Shown here piece after piece: positions 54,647-64,000 of a stretch of DNA of 64,000 nucleotides. Source of the DNA: Eledone cirrhosa (Eukaryota); NCBI GenBank assembly GCA_964016885.1, contig OZ024740.1, positions 60,326,001 to 60,390,000 on the forward strand, read 5' to 3'. The translations under genes were made by a program, and so were the position numbers. Under the pieces are notes generated by a model. The model saw nothing but the letters and a program-made list of their open reading frames with translations, made no database searches and was not told where the DNA came from. Position 1 is the first letter of the stretch. Every line of letters starts with the position of its first letter.

Positions 54647-55090
54647 TGATTTCTAATTTAGGCACTGAGCCAGCAACTTTGGAGGAAGGGCAAAATTAAT
54701 TGAATCAACCCCAGTACTTTATTTTATCTACCCAGGAAGGATAAAAGACAAAGTTGAACTTGATCGGATTTGAAATCTGAAGGTAAAGAGTCAGAACAAA
54801 TAACACGACGGCATTTTATCCGATACATTATCAATACTGCCAATCTACTATCCTCGCAAATTTACTATCAATATTGGTTTCTGATTTAGGCACAAAGCCA
54901 ACAATTTGGGGAGAGGGGAAAGTCGACTAAATCGACCCCAGTGCATTACTCGTACTTTATTTTATTTACCCCGTAAGAAGGAAAGGCAAAGCTAACCCCA
55001 GCAGGATTTGAACTCAGATCGTAAAGGGCCGTAACTCTATGCCATAAAGCATATTGTCCGGCACTCCACCGATACTACCAATCCACCGCC
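54647..55090 (-). mobile_element. Two tandem family 1 SINEs
   Basis: Reverse complement of the family sequence. Confidence 0.8.
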
Positions 55091-58000
55091 CTAAAATTTC
55101 TATCAATTTTAGCTGTATGTATACAGTGGCCAAGAGTAACAGCAGGAACTAATCAATGAAAGGTTGCCACGCACCCCCATTCCTTCGTTTGTTTGCTCTG
55201 CCTCTCCGACGTAAATATCCCAGGCGTACGCCGCTTTATGGTCCCAGCGAACAGAATAGAGAAAACGTTACTCCAGAGGTTAGCGAGCAAAGACAACAGC
55301 GATTACAAGCGGAGACCACTGACACAATTCAGAATCCGTTAAACATTCTAAGGAATTAACAAGAAAAAAGAAATACTGTGTAGTGATCATGCTGTGGTGC
55401 CTACACAGACGTTTCAGAATAATGGAGCGTTCAGACGACAGCTCGACCTGCTAAAAATAGCAACCAAATTATCCCCAAGTCATTTAACTTCTTACGAAAC
55501 AAGTCAGGGATAGACAAAGTAAAGAAAGAAAGAAAGAAAGAAAGACAGACAGAAAGGAAGAAAGAAAGAAAGGAAGGATGGAAGAAAGAAAGAAAGGTAC
55601 AATATGGTTGCTGAGTCAGATCAATCAAAGCTGACCTGGCGTTAATTAACAACAAAAATATGACTATTTCACATAAGCCTTTTAACGTTTTCTTAAACTT
55701 CCTCTGGTGCTTATTCTGTTATTTGATAGATATCTCGTTGCTTCTCTTCAATAATCAAAGTCGATGCTGATTTTCTATTTCTATGTCGTTATTTGTTTGT
55801 TGATGTTAATGTTTCAATTATTCAGCTTACTCCTAGTGGGGATTGTATTAGAGAATATAGACTTTCCTTTTCTCAAGAAATACTTCTTAATTATTTCGCT
55901 TTTGATGCAACTGATGCAACTCCATTAAAAATTTCCATTGTTATCAGATACTTCACAAACATATTTAAGTAAGCAATTGTTGTTATATTGCAGATTTTCT
56001 TTTTATGTTTTCTATGATCCTTCAAAGAAAATTATTTTAATTTGGCAGAATTCCATCACTGTCCAAAGAGAATATAGCGGTTTGGTCAATTTGCTTTGAA
56101 CATATAGTTTACGATTGCCAATTATTTTAGTATCGCAGAAAACAGCAGTAACAGAATAATTTCTTATTGGTTACCTACAATGTTTGGTTTATTTAAATGG
56201 TGTGGATTTTACAGATCAAAAAGTATTGTCTCTTTGAGAGATCTCATTTTTAATATAATTCGATTTTAATAATATGCCTCTAGACTTTAGTGTTCATGTA
56301 GATAGTGAAATTCTAGTATTTCACAAATCGAATACAAAATGGAATTTTCTTTCATTTATCTCAAATTTCAATTATCCTTCATCATCTATTTTCTTTTAAA
56401 GACAGCAGCTTATCAAATCTTATTCAACATACCTTTCAAACATTATGTTTTCATTGATTTTTTTCAGCACATGCGTTTTTCAAACCAGAGTGAATTTTCA
56501 GAATACGTTCATTAGATAATAAATGATAGGTATTTGAGAGCTGCCTAAGACAATTAAGACCACCATTTGACCAATCTATACCTTTAGTGGCATCCTTTCT
56601 GTTGTCAGCATTCCGTCCAGGTTTGAGGTTTGAGGTTAGATTAGCCCTCTCCCCCTTTCATTTCAGAAAAGTTGAAAAGAGTGATTGGTGCTGCCTTTCC
56701 TCTTCATATAATAACATTTATTTCACAATCTTATATAACAATCGTCATTTGTTCCCACATGAATAAGATAGTTTAATTATTCATATATTTCAATTCGTCT
56801 AATTTTCGAATTTTTCCCTAAAAACTGTAGGATACGAACTTAAAGAAAGAATCATTTTACACAAAGTTTTCTAATATTTCGATATCGACGTTTGTTAGAA
56901 TTAGTTTTACATTGTGGTAGTAGTAATCTTCGTAGGCTCTCTAAGATAATATTGACTCATTCGTGCTTAACAAACAAAAACTTCCATGCTCTCGATGCAA
57001 AAACATTACATATATATGTCGAAAACGCAGATCGTTCAAATTCATTAACAACTCGCATTGGGTGAAGAGTTGAAACAAACTAATGAAGTTCTAAAAGAAG
57101 ATATTGGTTGTAAATTCTTTATTCGTGTGCTCTCCTAATCGTTTAAACAGTTATGTGAAAGCGTGTGTCTTACACTGTTCGTCTAAAGAGCGTAAGATGG
57201 TGTGTTCAATTCCCGGTAACACGATGTGTCCTTAAGATAGACGTTTTATTTCACGTTGCTCTAATTCACAGTTGTACCTGTAATTTCAAAGGTCCAGTCT
57301 TGTTACACACTACGTTACACTGAATCTCCCTCAGAGCTTCGTTAAGAGTTCACGTGTTTATGTAATATACTCGTTAATTAGCACGTTAATTCCATGGGCA
57401 GACTGTTCCATTGATCGAATCAAACGGAATACTTGTGGTCGGAACTGACGGAGGTGAACATAACAGCAACAAACAGTTATTTAGTGACATCCGTACGTAA
57501 AAGCTTCAAGACACAACCAGTCATTGAGGGAGCCTATAAGCAGTCGCACGACAAGCTAAAAATATCAGGTCTTTAAAAAATATGGGATATTCAAAATTAG
57601 AACACCTCTTATCTCAGGTTTACTCAGCCATTGCTGATCTGGAGCTAAATAACAGCAATAGACACAACACCGATGACATTTCTAGGACATAATATATAGA
57701 CATTGGATATTAATTGTTGTTACTGTGATAAACTATTGTGTATAAAGTATTATTGTCTGAAACTTGTGTCTACTTCATACCTAGCTTACTGAATTCATAT
57801 TGATATAAATATTGAATAGAATAGATGAGATTATATTGAGATTTTTCCTATTATCTGAGCAAAAAAGCCACTCATCTATTGAATTTTTGCTTTCTTTTCT
57901 AAATAAAAACAGAATTTTATTCGAAGAAAATATCTGAATGGAAATTAAATTATATTCTTTTCGACACTCAAAAAATTAGATTATATTATCTTGTAATCGA

Positions 58001-58909
58001 TAATATTTAGCAAAAAAAAAACAAAAAAAAATCAAACAAACAAACTTTAACACGATGAATAAAGTTTGTGTCTGGAAATAAGTGATTTAGAAATGGTTAG
58101 TTCCCTAATGTATTAGAATGACTTTTCAGAAAGAGAAACACTGGCTTTTAATTCACTTATTTGTCGTTGTTTCCTTAGAAAACTTTTACATATGGCTCAT
58201 ACTATCTCGTATAGTACCTCTTTGTTGTGTTGAAATCCGTTAAATAGATTAAACAAGTACCGTTAAACAAGTACCAGTAATATTCACCGATTGATTCTAT
58301 CGACTAAACGCAATTTTTCTAACTTGTAAATTGTCAATATAAATCAATACCAAAAATATTTTTGCAAATATTAGTTTTACAAATATTATTTTTACAAATA
58401 ATCAATGGAAATATAATGTTAAAAGAAATAGAAAACTCTTCAATGGAGAGGCAATATTCAGTGAAATTACTGTTTACGTTTACAGAACACACTAACACAA
58501 ACACAATTGGAACTGAAATAATGAATTATTTAACCAAAATCACTACTGAAAACAAAATATAATAATAATAACAACTATTGATGATTTCAGCAAAGTTCAT
58601 CCTGTGAGTTGTTAAGTACATTTCATTTCTATTGCCCATCGTCTTTTTATTGATATAATATCGATCATATATTGATCTCTAATGTTAAATGGATTAATAT
58701 TATTGAAGATAGATTGTTGTTAAAAGCATTCATCTCAGAAGAATCAGAAACATTTGAAAAGTTTGTAAGCGATGTCAATATGCTGCGTCAATCTTTTCTA
58801 GTCTTAATGACACGTTTTAAGAAACACGATTTTCCGTGAAATTCCATACAGCCGAAGAGTAATGGAAGTGAATAGCAATGTATATACGATATGTATGTAC
58901 AATATATAC

Positions 58910-58998
<89 letters not shown>

Positions 58999-59003
58999 TG
59001 TGT

Positions 59004-59665
59004 CACAGGCCTCGCGCACCAGGACTGAACAGAGTCTGATTTACCGCCTTGGGTCCTGTTTTCCTCACGGACTCAACTCCCCTCCCCAACGTCTTTAAAA
59101 CCCCGTCCGTTATCACACACGCGCTTTTACATTCCCCCTAGATTCATATGGCTCTCTTATGGTCAGAAAGATATACTCTTACAACTAATACAGACCAACA
59201 AAATATGCACACACCACTTTTCCCTTCACAGCTTATATTAACACCCATATATTAACATACTTTTGCTCATATCTTCGTACTTACAAGCACACACACACTC
59301 TTTTACTTACATATACATACACATATTTTCTATAGCTCTATATACAAAACGGTTTTTTTCCATTTCAGATAAACGCGCTCCATCATCCACTTTTCTAAAT
59401 AAAAAAAATCATACACAAAACGCCAGCATCAACAGTTTTCCAAGAGATGCTAACATGAATGGAGCTGTTATTTTTATCTAAAGACATTTTTTCCAATTCC
59501 ACCTCGCCCGTCCCCTCAATCTAACTTATTTCTCATTGTTTCTTCTGATGAAGGACTAGCGTTCGAAACGTTAAGACCGTCTTCCTGCTATTTCAAGCGT
59601 TAACCTAATATATTCTTTCCATATACTGTACCGATTGTGTTGTTATTTCTGTTCACCTTTTATAC
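59004..59665 (+). mobile_element. Neptune-like PLE 3' end between (TG)n and (CA)n
   Basis: RTRTEQSLIYRLGSCFPHGLN (GIY-YIG C-terminus), then UTR and hammerhead. Confidence 0.8.
59541..59576 (+). ncRNA. Minimal type I hammerhead ribozyme
   Basis: tctt CTGATGA a ggac-tagc-gttc GAAA cg TT aaga. Confidence 0.85.
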
Positions 59666-59705
59666 ATACGCACACACGCACGCACGCACGCACACACACG
59701 CACAC

Positions 59706-59839
<134 letters not shown>

Positions 59840-60023
59840 GTTATATAGTAAGGTGTATTATTGGTTGTGTCATACGGTCCAATAAACTTTTATTAGCAAT
59901 TAAGTTCTCCACTCTTTTGTATATCTCCAATTCCATTTATGGGAACAGCTAGATGATGTAAAGCGGAGTATTTGTATCAAAATAAAGATCCGAAGGCATG
60001 GTATAAATTTCCAATCATTTTAA

Positions 60024-60097
60024 TCACGACACATGTTTCAATAAGAGATAGATCGATCGTGTGGTCATGATCGATTATCACTGATCTCATCAGGTGA
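60024..60097 (-). ncRNA. Type I hammerhead with 47 nt stem II
   Basis: tcac CTGATGA [imperfect 47 nt hairpin] GAAA c-atgt-g TC gtga. Confidence 0.7.
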
Positions 60098-61034
60098 ATA
60101 ATGAAATGTCTTCAAATCTTTGATATGAGGGAGGAAAAAACTAACGATGTTCACTCACTAGAGTTTTGTTCCCCATATGAAGATTCAGCAGCCAAAACAC
60201 GCCAACTGCTATCGTCTTCAGTCAGGGTCATAAATCTATCAAGTCTCTATCTCTCAATAGCTGTAAAAGACGCTGGACAGGTCTAATCCCAGCATCTAAT
60301 CTGTAGAATTTCGGTCGGTCACAATTAGTGTGAGTGAGTACACACACACTCAATCTGAGTCCCCGCGTCTGTGCGTGCAAGCACCCGCCATGTAGGTCAC
60401 AAAGGAGCTCCATGTAGGGTTGGGTATTTGAGTTAAGGTGTCAGTGTGTGTGTTTTCCCGTAATATGAGCCTTCGGGTTTTTAAGATAAGTGTTTGAGTG
60501 GTGGAGATGTATTACCCAACACAAAATAAAATAAAATAACAAAACCCCGGGTATGCGTGTAAGCCCATTGATGGCGTGTAAATAGTATTGTCCATTCAGC
60601 AACTGTGAGCACCTAGTGTAGTATTCAATTGATAAGATCGTGACTAGTCATAACTGTGGGAACTCCGTGTCTAAAGAAACCGGGTACTGTGTGTAGAATT
60701 ATGTATAAAGAGCGAAATCGTTCTTAACTGAGTGTGTAATACGTCTAACTATTTACTAACTGAGAGAACTCTATGGTTATGGTATTCTAAAGTAATGGTG
60801 AGTGCGCGTAATCGGTCTTAACTGAGTGTGTAATTGTTCTAACTATTTACTAACTAGGTATTCTAAAGTAATGGTAAATATGCACTCAGCTGTGAGAACT
60901 CTGTGGAAACATACCGAGTACTGTGTGTAAGTGCGCAAACGATCTTAGCTGTCTAATACCTGAGTGTGTGATTGTCTATTTTTTGCAAATTGAGAGAACT
61001 CTATGGCTAAGGTAAAAAGGGTGGAGTTAGTGGT

Positions 61035-61785
61035 AGGTTACTTTCTAAAAATCCTGAGGAAGGGTTTCGAGGTTCTATGCTGGCAGGTGTTGAAAAAGTC
61101 CGCTCTCCTATTGATTAGTAGGGGGCCGCTTCTAATTATATTAAAGGTTTCAGCTATACATAAATTACAAACGCCCGTGCTGCCGTTATATGGCTGAGCT
61201 GAGCAAACTATGGACCAGTATAAGGAGTGCTCTATATTCTGTTGTTTAAGCTTCTAGACTAATTTAGAAAGCGCCGTGCTATTTTTTTTATCTAATCTAT
61301 TAAAGGTATTGCGGTGATTATACCATCTATCCTTAAATTCAGTGGCAGTCGCCCGAACATACCTGAACGTTCTCTAAGGTGGAGACCGTACAGTCGTAGA
61401 CTATTTTTTTGGTGAGGCATTTCCCAGCCAAGGGGCAAGTTGCGGTGTTCCTGCAATTACATTTTCTGCTACTGACCGAGGTAGTTCCTGAGGAACCACG
61501 GTACCTTTGGGGTCGGGTCTGAGTTCTTGTCTGCTCTATGGGTAAGTTCATAAGGGTTGGGTTGGCCCGACTCACATCACGCGTATGAGTCCGTTCATGC
61601 ATAGAATTGCCATTAGTTCTGCCATGCCTCATCCCGCCCTGGGCTGTCCTAAGTCTACTATAATTCTTCTTAGCTATATTCTGAGCTATGTTACTGGTTG
61701 TGGAGTAGGACAGCTTGATGATATTCCTATTGAATATTTTATATTGTGTTGGATAATACACCTCCACCACTCAAACACTTATATT
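61035..61785 (-). pseudogene. PLE linker and GIY-YIG endonuclease remnant
   Basis: FNRNIIKLSYST, CNCRNTATCPLAGKCLTKKIVY, then past stops NSTALSK...CNLCIAE...CQH. Confidence 0.85.
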
Positions 61786-62450
61786 AAAAGCCCTAGGGCC
61801 CATATGACGGGAAAACGCACACACTGACACCTTAACTCAAATTCCCAACCCTACATGGAGCCCCTTGGTGACCTAATGGCGGGTGCTTGCACGCACAGAC
61901 TCGGGGACTCAGATTCTCAACGGGACAACGGCACATACAGAGTTCGATACGAGCTGACTACTTGCTCTACACATGGATGTGTATATACCAAAACATACAC
62001 TATTTAGACGATACGGATGTTACAATTCAATCGATACACGTATAGCAGAACGTTGAACGGAATTTACTTGCGTGTGTATAGGGTTGTGGTTGACCCAGTT
62101 TTTCTAATTTACACCGTTAAAGTTGAGATTTGACCAATATAACATTTGTTGTTTTGTAACCTAACTTTCGGTGCATACTGTGTTGGTATATATATTTTTT
62201 TCTCTGACCTCGCGTCGATGCGTTAATTATGACCGACCGAAATTCTACAGATTAGATGCTGGGATTAGACCTGTCCAGCGTCTTTTACAGCTATTGAGAG
62301 ATAGAGACTTGATAGATTTATGACCCTGACTGAAGACGATAGCAGTTGGCATGTTTTGGCTGCTGAATCTTCATATGGGGAACAGAACTCTAGTGAGTGA
62401 ACATCGTTAGTTTTTCCTCCCTCATCAAAGATTTGAAGACATTTCATTAT

Positions 62451-62524
62451 TCACCTGATGAGATCAGTGATAATTGATCATGACCACACGATCTATCTAT
62501 CTCTTATTGAAACATGTGTCGTGA
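62451..62524 (+). ncRNA. Type I hammerhead with 47 nt stem II (second pLTR copy)
   Basis: As 60024-60097, with two substitutions in stem II. Confidence 0.7.
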
Positions 62525-62599
62525 TTAAAATGACTGGAAATTTATACCATGCCTTCGGATCTTTATTTTGATATATATATATATATATATTAGAAAGTG

Positions 62600-62639
<40 letters not shown>

Positions 62640-62751
62640 ATGAAAAATAACCGAGGTGTCCTACACGAGTGAAAGTATAAAGAAAAGGAGATGAAATCGA
62701 AAATGCAACTGGAGTCTTATTTTTTTTTAAAATATATATATTTATTTGGTT

Positions 62752-62789
62752 CCTTTACCGGTTTCGCAGTTCTTCTGCTTTTCAAAAGG
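62752..62789 (-). ncRNA. Minimal type I hammerhead, U3-A8 core
   Basis: Minus strand: cctt TTGAAAA gcag-aagaa-ctgc GAAA ccgg TA aagg, followed by AATAAA. Confidence 0.75.
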
Positions 62790-62870
62790 TGAGTTGAGAT
62801 GGAGGGTCTGTGGTTTTTCTCACATCTATATATATATCGTATATATATATCGTCTGTGGTTTTTCTCACA

Positions 62871-62932
<62 letters not shown>

Positions 62933-63049
62933 ATTGGTGCTCTGAAATAGCGATGTATACATGAATGTATGTATAATTCTGGAATTCTATAAGAATCCAA
63001 GAATCCAGCTTCTATAATTTTCGGCGAAGGCAGGGACTGCGTGGCTCTG

Positions 63050-63518
<469 letters not shown>

Positions 63519-64000
63519 TATATATATAATGTTAAGGTATCAATACATATCTAATATATATGATGATCATTTTTCTCAATGTTTAAGCTCAATGGATCTT
63601 AGTTCAGAACATCAATTACTTAAATTTAAAAGATATATCTGGAGAGAAAGAAGCATATGTCGTTTGTAAACGCATAGTATTTTGTACTCACAGTATTTTG
63701 TACTCACAGAACTCATAGTATTTTGTACTAGAGCAAACAATATGCAGGAAAATATACATACTTTAAGATGGTAGACGTTATTTTTTTCCATAGAGTGTTG
63801 TTTCATATACCAAATAACGAAGCAAAAAACCATCGATTTAAGTAATCAATTATGGATTACCAACTACCGATTTTGGTAATTACTGAAAGGTACGGCCTAT
63901 TCATCAGTGGAAGTTTCTTAATATATGTCCCCCACTGTACAATATACCTTTATATCTGTCGAGAGAAGAGTTTGATTAAAATCTCAGCTCCACATTGTAT

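Noticed and set aside
55156-55359. EQRQQRLQAET peptide resembling Helitron N-terminal repeats
   Set aside because: Too short and low in complexity to call.
60101-60286. Duplicated 60-61 aa ORFs (60101 and 62265)
   Set aside because: A by-product of the inverted pLTRs, antisense to the element; no recognisable domain.

Overview
AT-rich, microsatellite-dense animal DNA. The SINE repertoire and repeat style fit an octopod (Octopus-like) genome; this is an inference. I found no intact protein-coding gene, and almost all listed ORFs are microsatellite artefacts or decayed transposon frames. Recognisable elements are: a near full-length degenerate L1/Tx1 LINE (4489-9943, minus) interrupted by a solo LTR; RTE-clade LINE remnants; Helitron helicase relics and non-autonomous Helitrons; mariner and hAT MITEs; two abundant tRNA-derived SINE families; and Penelope-like elements (PLEs) from several families. 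The most striking signal is a dense set of type I hammerhead ribozyme (HHR) motifs, read by eye in PLE termini and in short fold-back mini-insertions inside (TA)n and (CA)n tracts. These include variants with 47-107 nt stem II arms, a compensatory U3-A8 core and a GCAA core, and the fold-back junctions repeatedly fall in or next to the ribozyme. A few weak exon-like segments on the plus strand may belong to an unidentified or decaying host gene. Coordinates were counted by hand and element boundaries are approximate.
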